Of a stretch of DNA of 64,000 bases, positions 1-9,459 are shown piece by piece (position 1 is the stretch's first letter; every line of letters begins with the position of its first letter). Source of the stretch: Nitrospirota bacterium (GTDB taxonomy: Bacteria; Nitrospirota; JACRHJ01); contig CAVOSJ010000003.1 in NCBI GenBank assembly GCA_963698885.1, positions 553,250 to 617,249 of the forward strand, in the 5' to 3' direction. Below the pieces are notes generated by a model that was not told the DNA's origin, ran no database searches, and saw only the letters and a list, made by a program, of their open reading frames with translations. A program made the translations under genes and the position numbers.

Positions 1-277
1 TTCGCCAAAGCTCATGCGAGCTCGATTTTCGGTAAAAAACGGGTTCTCGGTATCAAGTTCTATGGTGGGAATATCACTGTCGAGAAAAGCCCTGAGGATC
101 GGCAGGTGTCCCGTCCCTTCCGGCCCGCTCAGGTGAGAAAGAATCTGTTTGGGTGACCACCTGTCCTTCGGAGCGCGCGAGGCCAGGTTCTCGTCCACGC
201 CCTGGCATACCTGTTTCAGCCCCTGAACCTTCTGCCGGATATCTTGCGCCAACTGGTTCCCACGTGACGTTGACATG
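1..277 (-). CDS. DinB/YfiT-like (DinB_2 family) protein, 5' part only (runs off the window edge)
   Basis: Manual translation of the minus strand from the ATG at 277 gives MSTSRGNQLAQDIRQKVQGLKQV...DRWSPKQILSHLSGPEGTGHLP... with no stop before position 1. The rc of 281-288 gives AAGGAGGA, a strong SD. The listed ORF 74..301 is in another frame and is spurious. Confidence 0.4.
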
Positions 278-428
278 GTGTATCCTCCTTGTGCTGCTCA
301 TCTTCCTTCCCCTACTTTACCTCAGCCAATCCCATAAGTCCATCGGCTGGGAGCGCCTCCCCTCCCTATCCTCTCTGTTTCTTTATCCATTGCGTTAAAG
401 CCTTGACATGTTGACCGGCATGCAATAA

Positions 429-550
429 TGACCCACTTTGCGGGTAATCGGCGTCCAAAATTGACCCACCTTCTAATGTCCTAACTGGTTGTTATTAATG
501 TGATACATTAAAGTAAGCCTGGGTCAAACAGGATGCCGATGGTGGGTCAA
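429..550. promoter_or_regulatory. Four copies of the 9-mer TTGACCCAC: two direct (429-436, 461-469) then two inverted (520-527, 542-550), nested
   Basis: Direct reading. 461-469 (TTGACCCAC) and 542-550 (GTGGGTCAA) are perfect reverse complements. The outer pair differs by one base. Lies 150-270 bp upstream of the DinB-like start. Confidence 0.35.
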
Positions 551-818
551 AATTGCGCGCCGATCAAACTCTGGAAAACCGATAGCCCTTTCCTGGAGAT
601 TTTCTATGATAATTTGCACTGCCTTGTTTATTTTTTAACCTGCGGCACGTTTTGTGTCACGTTGAGGAGTCAGAATATCAAAAAAACCTATTTGCGGAAC
701 CCAGCACTTATAAAAAAGCAAATACCCGATCCCGAAAATCTTGAGAGGGTGCGCGAGCCGAAGTAGTCGATCGACCCGCTTGGTCGGTGACGCTGTTTCA
801 GGTCCTTGTCTGGATCTG

Positions 819-2537
819 TTATAGCAAGGGCAGGGAAACTGTAACACTCACTCCCGTCCCTGACTTCTCGACGTTGCCTGCAAGGTCGATCGCCCGGGAT
901 TTTATGGTGAAATTGCCTTTCCTTAAGGCCCAGCTGTAGTTCCACGTCGTCCATGTGCCGTTGCCGGAGGTGTCCGTTGCTAGGTGCCACGTACTTCCGC
1001 CGTTGGTACTGACCTCTACCTTGGCGACGCCCGCCAGATTGTCCGAGGCGGTGCCGGTTATGGCGTAGGTTGTGACGTTTAGCGCACTTCCCGTGGCAGG
1101 TGCGGTAATTTCGGAGGACGGCGGGGTACTGTCAACCAGAACGGTAACAGGTGTACTCGTCACCCTATTACCGTTGTTGTCCATCACCTCGGACTCGACG
1201 ACGTACTTGTTGTCTATGGTAGGTAGGGTCCATTCGTATCTCCACGTTGTCCATGTGCCTTTGGAAGTGTCCGTGGCGGTGGGCCATGTGCTCCCGCCGT
1301 CAGTCGAGATCCCCACTGGCTCCAGGTATAAGGAGTCTGTATTTGCAGTCCCTTTGATCCTATAGCGTGTCCCGTTTACCTTCCGGCTCAGATAGCTGTT
1401 ATTTACGGGAGTCTTGATATCGGTATAAAGGACACCCGGCCGTGCGCCGTCGTACGCAAGCGCATAACCTCCGAAAAAGGGGTCCTTGAAGACCCAGTTG
1501 TTATGGTTCACGGTAGGGACGGCGCCCACCTGGCTATAGGCTATCCTGAAAAATCCGCTCTCGCCCCAATTAGGCCCCCAGCAGTTCTTCACGATGAAAC
1601 ATTTGTTGTTGTCGTCGTATCCGACCAGCAGGACGGCATGCGCACCCTGGTCACTCCCCCATGTGTGCGAGTATATGCCGGACGTATATGAATCGAAGTC
1701 GTCAAATACCTCAAAAGCGACTACTATCGGCCCGTAGCTGTAAAGCGCGTTTCTCAGGCCATTGACGGTCGGCCTTGTCTGAGCCACGCCAAAATATCGT
1801 CCCCAGTAGTTGGCAATCCATTTATATCCTGTGATTTTATAATTGCCTATCCCAGACCAATAGTTACTGCAGGCGTAACCACAGGAGCCTTCCGCCTGGG
1901 TGTAAGGGTAGCAGGACTCGACGGGAACGCCTGTATCGACAAAAAATTTTGTAACCAGATTCCCGCCACTGCATCCGTCTCCATTGGCTTCGTCCTTAAG
2001 ATCGCATGAAAGCAGGACTTGTTCGGAAAGGTCGAGGTCAACACCCGGGGTATTCATTGTCATAAGCGTCCTGGACTCGAGAGCTGCGACGGAGCCGAAG
2101 GCCCAGCAGTCACCGCACTGTTGCTGGTCGCGTATAGGTGTAACGTAGTTGCCAGATGTTATTTTGAATTTGCCGCCGCCATAATTCCGCCAGTCCAGTA
2201 CTCCGGTCGGGGCAGAGCTAACTACTGTCTGTATAAGCGTATCTGCTTCGGTAGCGACGCCCGCGCCCGATATAGGGGCTGTCCGATCAGGCGGCGGTAT
2301 AAAAACTCCCAGGCGCGCCTTGCGTTCCGTCGGAGAAAGCCTGGTCATCGAGGTCTCACCCGCAACCCATTTGGCACCTTTCGCCTGTATGGCCGCGTTT
2401 ATATTCGAGACCTCTTTTTGTATCTCTTCCTGGGAGGGCCTGACAAACTCGTCAGCCGAACACGCGATGGAGAGAGGCGGCACAGTTAAAATAAATGCCG
2501 CGAATATCAACTGTATTATCCTGGACGGCCTGTACAT
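819..2537 (-). CDS. Secreted papain-family (C1) cysteine peptidase with three C-terminal Asp-box (SxDxGxTW) / Ig-like repeat domains
   Basis: N-terminal signal peptide. QQCGDCWAFGS active-site Cys motif, downstream His/Asn region. C-terminal repeats STDGGSTWP.../STNGGSTWH... with conserved W..W.Y.W. Confidence 0.8.
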   Translation of the reverse strand: MYRPSRIIQLIFAAFILTVPPLSIACSADEFVRPSQEEIQKEVSNINAAIQAKGAKWVAGETSMTRLSPTERKARLGVFIPPPDRTAPISGAGVATEADTLIQTVVSSAPTGVLDWRNYGGGKFKITSGNYVTPIRDQQQCGDCWAFGSVAALESRTLMTMNTPGVDLDLSEQVLLSCDLKDEANGDGCSGGNLVTKFFVDTGVPVESCYPYTQAEGSCGYACSNYWSGIGNYKITGYKWIANYWGRYFGVAQTRPTVNGLRNALYSYGPIVVAFEVFDDFDSYTSGIYSHTWGSDQGAHAVLLVGYDDNNKCFIVKNCWGPNWGESGFFRIAYSQVGAVPTVNHNNWVFKDPFFGGYALAYDGARPGVLYTDIKTPVNNSYLSRKVNGTRYRIKGTANTDSLYLEPVGISTDGGSTWPTATDTSKGTWTTWRYEWTLPTIDNKYVVESEVMDNNGNRVTSTPVTVLVDSTPPSSEITAPATGSALNVTTYAITGTASDNLAGVAKVEVSTNGGSTWHLATDTSGNGTWTTWNYSWALRKGNFTIKSRAIDLAGNVEKSGTGVSVTVSLPLL

Positions 2538-2865
2538 GGTGCCCCCGTTACCGCTTACCCGCGATGCGAACTTTCAGCTCTAACTTTCAAACTGCCCTTT
2601 TTCCCACTTCCCAGACCCTGTAATAGACATGCTCAACATCGTATCGTCAACAGCCTAAAGATCAATTTCCTCATTTTTTATCCTCTCATTTTTAGGATTG
2701 CGGCTCAGGAATATTAGGGATATTTGGTATTATTCTAAAACAAGATTTATATCAGGCTCACTCTTAATTTACATTTAAAGCAAGATTTTGTCAAAAATCT
2801 AATTATCAATAGTTATTAAATAAAGGAAAGAACGCAAGCGTATTGCTTGTTGATCGGCGTTAGAC

Positions 2866-2900
2866 TAAAAAGGGGCTACGGCTAAACCGTAACCCCTTGA
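2866..2900. terminator. Bidirectional intrinsic terminator hairpin (GGGGCTACGG-CTAAA-CCGTAACCCC) flanked by T/A runs
   Basis: Inverted repeat with one mismatch. On the minus strand it is followed by TTTTTAG, immediately downstream of tRNA-Arg. Confidence 0.5.
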
Positions 2901-2906
2901 TTTATT

Positions 2907-2983
2907 TGGTGCCCCCAGCATGGCTCGAACATGCGACACCAGGTTTAGGAAACCTGTGCTCTATCCAACTGAGCTATGGGGGC
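2907..2983 (-). tRNA. tRNA-Arg (anticodon CCT)
   Basis: rc gives GCCCCCATAGCTCAGTTGGATAGAGCA..CAGGT-TTCCTAA-ACCTG..GGTTCGAGCC..TGGGGGCACCA. Cloverleaf with T-psi-C arm, anticodon loop UU-CCU-AA, encoded CCA. Confidence 0.85.
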
Positions 2984-3032
2984 GAAAGTGAAAAAAAAAT
3001 ATAGAACAAAATGGGGTCTTAGTCAACCCCGA

Positions 3033-3548
3033 TTAATAGCTGATTAAAGAAAGCACCTGGTATCCCGCAAGCTTGTCCCGGCCCTTAAGCTCCGTAAGCT
3101 CTATCAGGAACGCCGCGCCGACCACCACCGCGCCGAGCTGCTTTAGAAGGTCCAGCGTCGCCGCCATCGTGCCGCCTGTCGCCAGCAGGTCGTCCACCAC
3201 CAGCACGCGCTCGCCCGGCGTTATTGCGTCCTGATGGACTGTCAGGGTGTCCGTACCGTACTCAAGCTCGTACTTCGCCTCGTATATATCGCTTGGGAGC
3301 TTGCCCGATTTCCTGACCGGGATGAACCCGGCGTTGAGCGCGTACGCCACGGGTGCGCCCGTTATAAAGCCGCGGGACTCTATCCCGACAACCTTCTCTA
3401 TCCCCTCGTCTTCATAAAAACAGGTAATCTTGTCGATGACCTTCTGGAAGGCCTCACTGTCCTTCAGGAGCGTGGTAATGTCCTTGAACAGGATGCCCTT
3501 CTTTGGGAAGTCCGGGATGTCCCTTATGCGGGACTTCAGGTCGAGCAT
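3033..3548 (-). CDS. apt: Adenine phosphoribosyltransferase
   Basis: PRPP-binding motif VLVVDDLLATGGT, 171 aa, typical Apt N-terminus. Confidence 0.9.
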   Translation of the reverse strand: MLDLKSRIRDIPDFPKKGILFKDITTLLKDSEAFQKVIDKITCFYEDEGIEKVVGIESRGFITGAPVAYALNAGFIPVRKSGKLPSDIYEAKYELEYGTDTLTVHQDAITPGERVLVVDDLLATGGTMAATLDLLKQLGAVVVGAAFLIELTELKGRDKLAGYQVLSLISY

Positions 3549-3571
3549 ATGCCCCCTTGAACTAAATGTCT

Positions 3572-4627
3572 TTATAAAATGCTGTCCAGGTCTATACTCT
3601 TGCGCTTGGTGATGAACCGGAGCTTGTTTAAAGCCGAAGCCTCTATCTGGCGCACGCGCTCGCGGGTCAGGCCGAACTCTTTGCCGATGACCTCAAGTGT
3701 CTGCGCCTCCCCGTCCTCCAGGCCGAACCGGAGGCTTATCACCTTCTTCTCGTTTTCCGTCAGGTAGTCCAGCCACTCGATTATCTGCTCGTGCCGGATG
3801 ATGCCCTCGGTAACCTTCGCGGGGGATAAAGACGCCTCGTCCTCGATTAAATCCTTGAGCGACCCTTCTTCCTTGTTGCCTATGGGCGTATCAAGGGAGT
3901 GCGTCTTCCGGATGAGCTGCATGATGTCCTTGACCTGATCGGGCGCGTAGTTCATCTCCGCGGCAATCTCCTCCACCGTCGGCTCGCGCTTCAAGCTCTG
4001 GATAAGCCTGCGGACGACTTTCACGAACGTATTGATGACTTCGGATATATGTACGGGCAGGCGTATGGTGCGTGTCTGGTTGACAAGCGCCCTCTCTATG
4101 GACTGCTTTATCCACCAGGAGGCATAGGTTGAGAAACGGAAGCCTTTCTCCGGCTTGAACTTCTCCACGGCCTTGATCAGGCCGATGTTGCCTTCCTCTA
4201 TAATATCCGAGAACGGGAGGCCCCGGTTGATATAGCGTTTCCCGATATTGACGACGAGCCGGAGGTTCGCCTCGATCATATGGGCGCGCGCTTCTTCGTC
4301 GCCCTTCTCTACGCGGTGGGCAAGCTCCTGTTCCTCCTCGAAGGACAAAAGGGCCGATACCCGGATTTCCTTCAAGTAGAGCTTTATGGCGTCCTGGGCC
4401 TCGTCCGGATAGGCTGAAGGCGCTTCGGCCTCCTCCTCTTCCTCCGCGTCGAAAAGCTCCTCACCCAGCCCCGCCTCGAACTCTTCCTCTTCGGCCTCTT
4501 CCGCCGGAAAGTAGGAAAGTTCTTCTTCTTCCTCGTCCTTCGGTTTCTCTACATCCAGTTCGACGGTCTCGCCTGAGAACTCTCCGGTTTTCTGTTTTTT
4601 CTTTTTCGGCATTATTGCACCCGTCAA
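3572..4627 (-). CDS. RNA polymerase sigma-70 family factor (RpoD/SigA-like) with an acidic N-terminal extension
   Basis: Region 1.2 (DAIKLYLKEI..LLSFEEE), region 2 (FSDIIEEGNIGLIKAVEKFKPEKGFRFSTYASWWIKQSI), regions 3-4 with HTH. Glu-rich N-terminus. Confidence 0.85.
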   Translation of the reverse strand: MTGAIMPKKKKQKTGEFSGETVELDVEKPKDEEEEELSYFPAEEAEEEEFEAGLGEELFDAEEEEEAEAPSAYPDEAQDAIKLYLKEIRVSALLSFEEEQELAHRVEKGDEEARAHMIEANLRLVVNIGKRYINRGLPFSDIIEEGNIGLIKAVEKFKPEKGFRFSTYASWWIKQSIERALVNQTRTIRLPVHISEVINTFVKVVRRLIQSLKREPTVEEIAAEMNYAPDQVKDIMQLIRKTHSLDTPIGNKEEGSLKDLIEDEASLSPAKVTEGIIRHEQIIEWLDYLTENEKKVISLRFGLEDGEAQTLEVIGKEFGLTRERVRQIEASALNKLRFITKRKSIDLDSIL

Positions 4628-4944
4628 ACCTTGATTGTGAAGTTATTGAATTTGCCCTGGTGAGTTTTCCAGCTGACCTTTACTTCTTCCACCCGCGCCA
4701 TCGGAGGGCCCTGTTCGAGTTCTTTTATAAACCCCTTGGCGTCCTCTTCGACCGCCTCTATCTCGAGGGCCACACGCCCGTCCGGCAAGTTCATGGACCA
4801 GCCGCGCACGTTATGCTTCGCGGCCGCCCTCTCCGTAAAGAACCGGTACCCGACGCCCTGGACGCGTCCGCTGACGATAATCCCGGCCGCTACCTTCCTG
4901 CCCGGCACCTGCCCCCCTTGGACGGCCGTAATGAAAAAGGGCAT
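4624..4944 (-). CDS. acyP: Acylphosphatase
   Basis: [14 protein letters not shown] signature and ~90-aa core. The N-terminus may start downstream of the listed Met. 4-nt overlap with the sigma factor start. Confidence 0.7.
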   Translation of the reverse strand: MPFFITAVQGGQVPGRKVAAGIIVSGRVQGVGYRFFTERAAAKHNVRGWSMNLPDGRVALEIEAVEEDAKGFIKELEQGPPMARVEEVKVSWKTHQGKFNNFTIKV

Positions 4945-4978
4945 CTCTTTCGAGGATACCCTTCACTTGCTGCAAAAA

Positions 4979-5055
4979 TGGTCGGGGCGAAAGGATTTGA
5001 ACCTTCGACCCCACGGTCCCGAACCGTGTGCGCTACCAGGCTGCGCTACGCCCCG
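4979..5055 (-). tRNA. tRNA-Pro (anticodon CGG)
   Basis: rc gives CGGGGCGTAGCGCAGCCTGGTAGCGCAC-ACGGTTCGGGACCGT-GGGGTCGAAGGTTCAAATCCTTTCGCCCCGACCA. C1-G72 pair typical of tRNA-Pro. Confidence 0.85.
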
Positions 5056-5105
5056 TCAATTTTAGTATGTTATAGCAGTTCCCTTGACGTGTCAAGGTTT
5101 TTCGT

Positions 5106-6317
5106 CTAAATTCCAAGGCCCATCGTCTGCCTTTTCTTCTCGACGAACTTCGACATCTCCTCCGCGAAATAATCACCTGTCGCGGTGACTTCCCCGGAGA
5201 TCCTGCCGTTGTAGAGGTCCCGCCCTTCCTTTAGCTCCGCCGCAAGGGCCTGCTCGAAATTCCCGTCCCTCACGCCAGCCTCGACCGCGCCCTGGTTATA
5301 AAGCGCGATGTCCGACAGTATAATCCTGGCAAAGCGCCGCGCGGCCTCCACCTGCTGGTTGCCCACCGACGACGTCGCCAGGACCGGCTTTATCTCCTCT
5401 TTGCGCATCTCGAATATCTGCTCCTCCCGCAGAGGAAGGTCTTCGAGAGAGGGCTTGCATGTCTCTTCTTCACGCGGCGAGTTCGTTCCCGGCGCCGGCT
5501 GCCCGTCCGCCGCCAGCCGCTTCACCTTCTTGGCAATGCAGTCCTGGATGTGGTGTTTTTCTATGTAGTCGTCCGCTCCGTACAGGCTGACGGGTTCTCT
5601 TTTGTAGCGGGTCTTGTCATAAATAGCCGCGAGGAGTATGACCTTTATTTCATCGGATTCGGGGCTGTTCTTAAGCCTGTCGCATATCTCGAAGCCGTAG
5701 ATCCTTGGGAGAGCTACGTCCAGCAAAACAAGGAACGGCTTCTCTCTCTCTATGGCGACGACCGCCGCGATGCCTTCGCTTTCACAGATTACCTGATAGC
5801 CCTCTTCGGTTAAAATGGATTCGACCAGCCTGAGCACGGAATCCCCGTCGTGAGCTACGACTATCTTCGACCTGTCCAGCTTCCATTTAGGCGCGGCCGG
5901 GGCGCTCTCCATCTGCGGCGGCGCTCCTATTGAAGCTTCCGGTGAAGCTTCCGGCTCCGGCGCTCCTATTGAAGCTTCTGGCGTTGGCGGCGCGGGCGGA
6001 GGAGGCGGTGGAGTAAAGGCAGGCTCCGAAGGCTCCGGCGCGGGAGGTTCCTGGAAAGGAGGCCATGAAGGTTCCGGGGGCGTAGAAGGCTCCGGGGGCG
6101 CGGAAGGTTCCGTTTGCCTGAAAACGTGTTCTTCCTGCACTGGCGGCGCGGGGGCCTCTACCGGGGGCGCGGGCGGTTCAGGGGCTGGCGCTACGGCGGG
6201 CTTCTCCACGAGGAAGACGTTCCCGCACTTGGGGCACTTTAGCCTGGACCCTCCCTCCTTTATTTTCGCATCGTCAATCTTAAGACGCACATTGCACTGG
6301 CTGCATGAAACTATCAT
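5106..6317 (-). CDS. MJ0042-type zinc-ribbon + Pro-rich linker + response-regulator receiver domain protein with an uncharacterised C-terminal domain
   Basis: N-terminus CSQCNVRLKI..CPKCGN (zinc ribbon). PEPS/PAPE repeats. Receiver domain KIVVAHDGDS...LLDVALP...K. Confidence 0.6.
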   Translation of the reverse strand: MIVSCSQCNVRLKIDDAKIKEGGSRLKCPKCGNVFLVEKPAVAPAPEPPAPPVEAPAPPVQEEHVFRQTEPSAPPEPSTPPEPSWPPFQEPPAPEPSEPAFTPPPPPPAPPTPEASIGAPEPEASPEASIGAPPQMESAPAAPKWKLDRSKIVVAHDGDSVLRLVESILTEEGYQVICESEGIAAVVAIEREKPFLVLLDVALPRIYGFEICDRLKNSPESDEIKVILLAAIYDKTRYKREPVSLYGADDYIEKHHIQDCIAKKVKRLAADGQPAPGTNSPREEETCKPSLEDLPLREEQIFEMRKEEIKPVLATSSVGNQQVEAARRFARIILSDIALYNQGAVEAGVRDGNFEQALAAELKEGRDLYNGRISGEVTATGDYFAEEMSKFVEKKRQTMGLGI

Positions 6318-6389
6318 ATTAATCCTCCGCCGCCGCAGTCATCTGCGATTACTGCTCCTTCTGTCTTCGTTTCACTCTGGACAGGTAAA

Positions 6390-7541
6390 TCACTTCTGGG
6401 GCTTCATAATTACTAACGCATTCGCATTTAAATATTTTTCAGCCGCTTTTACGACGTCCTGTTTCCCGATCTTTAAAAACTGCTTCGGCAAGCTCTTCCG
6501 GTAGTCCTGTCCGGCGCCCGAAATTGCGTAGAGCCCGGAATACCTGGCAGTCCCCTCGGCGCTCTCAGCCGAAAGTTCTGCGTCGCCCAGGGCAAATTCC
6601 TTTCCGCGCTCAAGCTCATCGGGAGAAAATTTTCCCTCTTCGACGGCCTTGACAGAGTTCTTAATCCCTTCGATCGCCCCGTCTATCCTGGTCTCGTCCG
6701 TTACCGAATAAATGGTCATCACGGGGGCGGCGGATTCCCAGCGAAGCGAGCTTCCCAACTGGTACGCCTTCGGCTCATTCGCCCGAAGACATTTATAAAC
6801 GTCGGAACAGCTCCCGCCGGAGAGGATAGCGCGGGCGGTCAGCGCCGCGCAATATTCGGGGTTATCCGGAGACGGCAACTTACAAGCGAAAAGGACACCG
6901 GCGGTCCCGGGTCTCGATTCCAGTTCCAGCACCTCGCCCGGCTCGAATGCCGGCGGCCTTTCTTCCTGGCTGCACGTCTTGCAGTTCACCGTCCAGTCCT
7001 TGAAAGTTTCTTCGGCCATCTTCATGGCCGCGTGACTTGAAAATGACCCGCAGATGGACAGCAGGGAATTATCCGGCCTGAACCGCGCCGTACGCCAGGC
7101 CAGAAGGTCGGCCCTGGAAAGTTTTTCTATGTCTTCCGGAAGTCCCGACGGAAACAGGGCATGGTACATTTTGTCTTCCGCACGGTCCTGGGCAAGGTCA
7201 TTCCCTGCAATCAGGGCGCCTTTTTCCACCTGGACGGCGGTATCCGAAAAATACCCTCCCGAGACCATTTCGGATAACGCCTTAAGGGCGACCGGAAAAC
7301 TGGCGGCGGGCGAGACAAGGGTAAAGCAGGTATAGCCAGCCTCGACGTCCGCCGTGACCTTGCCGCCAGCCTGCTCTATCCTGAGAGATGGAGGGTCGGC
7401 ATTGCCGGCCGGATTACTTGAAAGGATTGAACTGCAAAGCAGGGCCGTTATACCGCTCTTTCCCGCGGGCTCGGAAGCGGAACCCGTTTTTATGAACAGG
7501 CAGGCGGCCGCTGTCTCTCCGGAGAAGCCGGAGCTAATCAC
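6390..7541 (-). CDS. Peptidase M16 (pitrilysin) family protein lacking the HxxEH zinc motif (non-catalytic homologue). A lipoprotein-type signal peptide (7539-7645) sits in a different frame
   Basis: M16 N- and C-domain pattern (GSASEPAGKSGITALL...). Upstream, MKKIALLALGILLSLAACGNSFAQDRPPALSNGLA stops at 7538-7540 and is offset by 1 nt from the GTG start of this ORF. Confidence 0.5.
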   Translation of the reverse strand: MISSGFSGETAAACLFIKTGSASEPAGKSGITALLCSSILSSNPAGNADPPSLRIEQAGGKVTADVEAGYTCFTLVSPAASFPVALKALSEMVSGGYFSDTAVQVEKGALIAGNDLAQDRAEDKMYHALFPSGLPEDIEKLSRADLLAWRTARFRPDNSLLSICGSFSSHAAMKMAEETFKDWTVNCKTCSQEERPPAFEPGEVLELESRPGTAGVLFACKLPSPDNPEYCAALTARAILSGGSCSDVYKCLRANEPKAYQLGSSLRWESAAPVMTIYSVTDETRIDGAIEGIKNSVKAVEEGKFSPDELERGKEFALGDAELSAESAEGTARYSGLYAISGAGQDYRKSLPKQFLKIGKQDVVKAAEKYLNANALVIMKPQK

Positions 7542-7675
7542 GCGAGGCCGTTAGAAAGCGCCGGAGGTCTGTCCTGGGCAAAAGAGTTGCCGCATGCGGC
7601 AAGAGACAGCAAAATACCCAGCGCGAGGAGGGCGATTTTTTTCATGCGTCCTGAACCGTTTTAAAAGTTAAGCCG

Positions 7676-8310
7676 TTATTCCTTGGTAACGTAAGACGCC
7701 GTCCTCTCGGAGGCTGAAAGTTTCTTCGCCTCGGAGGCGGCGTCTTCTTTGGTCTGGAAAGTCCCCACGTGCACTTTATAGTTATAGCCGCCTTTCCTGC
7801 CCGAGGCGGAATATACCCTTGCGTCGTACCCTTTTTTCTTCAGCATTGTCGCCTTCGCCTTGGCCGCGGAGGCGTCTTTATAAGCTCCCAACTGCACGGT
7901 GTAATGTCCCTGTCGTCGGCGTGGTTCTCTTTCTCTTCTTTCTCTTGCTTCTTCTCTACGAGAGGGGCGACGGAATCATTTTTGGAAGTCAGAACTTTCG
8001 GAAACGTCAGGGTAACCGACCTCGGCTTGGCCGAAGCGGTGGTAGCGGGGACAAAAGCGGCCCTCGACGTCGTTACCGGCTTCAGGACCGGCGGGGCGGC
8101 CGGTACTGCCCTGGCCTGAAGTATCCCCGTCTGCGCCTTCGCCTGCGGCGGGACTTCCGGCTGCTTCTTCCTCTGCCACTGGATCCCGACGCTGACGCCC
8201 AGCACGAAAACAAGCGCGGCGATGGCGGCGACGCCAAATATCACCAGGCCCATCTGGCGCGCGTCGAAGGAATAATCGTATCGGTCTCTTATTTTTCCCA
8301 GGTCTTTCAA
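7676..8310 (-). CDS. SPOR-domain peptidoglycan-binding membrane protein (DedD/FtsN-like), apparent frameshift near 7840-7900
   Basis: N-terminal TM (LVIFGVAAIAALVFVLGV) plus Pro/Ala linker in one frame. C-terminal SPOR domain (QLGAYKDASAAKAKATMLKKKGYDARVY..YKVHVGTF) in another frame. Confidence 0.55.
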
Positions 8311-8439
8311 ATTACCTCTTGCTGCTTTTGCGAGGTGAGCATTCTCTCCGAAAAATTATTATTCACAATAACGCGTTGGCGGCAGTATTTCTATTTTACG
8401 TTCAACGATAATTTTTCTACGAGAATACTCCCCTCTCAT

Positions 8440-9459
8440 TTACGTTATAAACATCGCGTCGCCGTAGCTATAGAAACGGTAACCTGCCCGGACCGCCTCC
8501 TGGTATGCCGAAAGCGTTTTATCTCTGCCCGCGAAGGCACATATTAGCATAAGCAATGTGGATTTGGGAAGGTGGAAATTAGTGACTATAGCCCGGATAG
8601 CCTTGAATTCATATCCGGGGTAGATAAAAAGGCGGGTCCTGGCCTCTCCGGGCCGGACCTGGCCGTCCCTGAATGCCGATTCCAGCGTCCTGGCGCTGGT
8701 CGTCCCCACCGCGATTACGCGCCGCCCTTCGGCAAGCGCGCGGTTCACCGCGTCGGCAGTTTCTTCCGGCACGCTATATTCCTCTTCCTCCATCTCATGG
8801 CGCTCGATTACCTCTTCCCGCACCGGCATGAACGTCCCGGGGCCTACCTGCAAAGTGACGGATACGACCGAGACACCTTTTTCTTTTATCTCGCGCAGGA
8901 GGGCTTCCGTAAAATGGAGTCCCGCGGTCGGCGCGGCGACTGCGCCGGGCCTTGCCGCATAAACCGTCTGGTAGCGCTCCCTGTCGCGGTCCGCGTCCCT
9001 GCCGGAGGGGTCTATATACGGCGGGAGCGGCATTGAAGCCGCCTTCCTGATGGCCTCTTCCGCGCCCGGCTTAGAGAATCTGATTACCTTCTTGCCGCCG
9101 CCCAGGTCTTCCTCCACGGCTGCCTGAAGCTCCGTGGTAAAAATGACTTCCGTCCCTGGCGCGGTCTTTCCCTTGATAAGGGCCTCATACCTTTCCTCGC
9201 CGATACGGCGCAGGATAAGCGCCTCGATCCTCCCGCCGGTGGCCTTTGTCCCCATAAGCCGGGAGGGCACCACCTTCGCGTCGTTTATCACCATCACGTC
9301 TCCCGGTCCGAGATACTCCGGCAGGTCGGAGAATATCCCGTGACGGATGCTCCCGGCCCCGCGCGGCAGGACCATAAGGCGCGATTTATCACGCTCGCTC
9401 GCTGGCGACTGCGCTATCAGCTCCTTCGGAAGCTCGTAATCGAAATCCTCTATCAGCAT
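8440..9459 (-). CDS. queA: S-adenosylmethionine:tRNA ribosyltransferase-isomerase
   Basis: Classic QueA N-terminus MLIEDFDYELPKELIAQ, 339 aa. Confidence 0.9.
   Translation of the reverse strand: MLIEDFDYELPKELIAQSPASERDKSRLMVLPRGAGSIRHGIFSDLPEYLGPGDVMVINDAKVVPSRLMGTKATGGRIEALILRRIGEERYEALIKGKTAPGTEVIFTTELQAAVEEDLGGGKKVIRFSKPGAEEAIRKAASMPLPPYIDPSGRDADRDRERYQTVYAARPGAVAAPTAGLHFTEALLREIKEKGVSVVSVTLQVGPGTFMPVREEVIERHEMEEEEYSVPEETADAVNRALAEGRRVIAVGTTSARTLESAFRDGQVRPGEARTRLFIYPGYEFKAIRAIVTNFHLPKSTLLMLICAFAGRDKTLSAYQEAVRAGYRFYSYGDAMFIT

Noticed and set aside
74-301. Listed 75-aa ORF on the minus strand at the window start
   Set aside because: The sensible protein (DinB-like, with a strong SD) is in a different frame of the same strand and runs off the window. 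This ORF is Arg/Gly-rich GC-frame noise.
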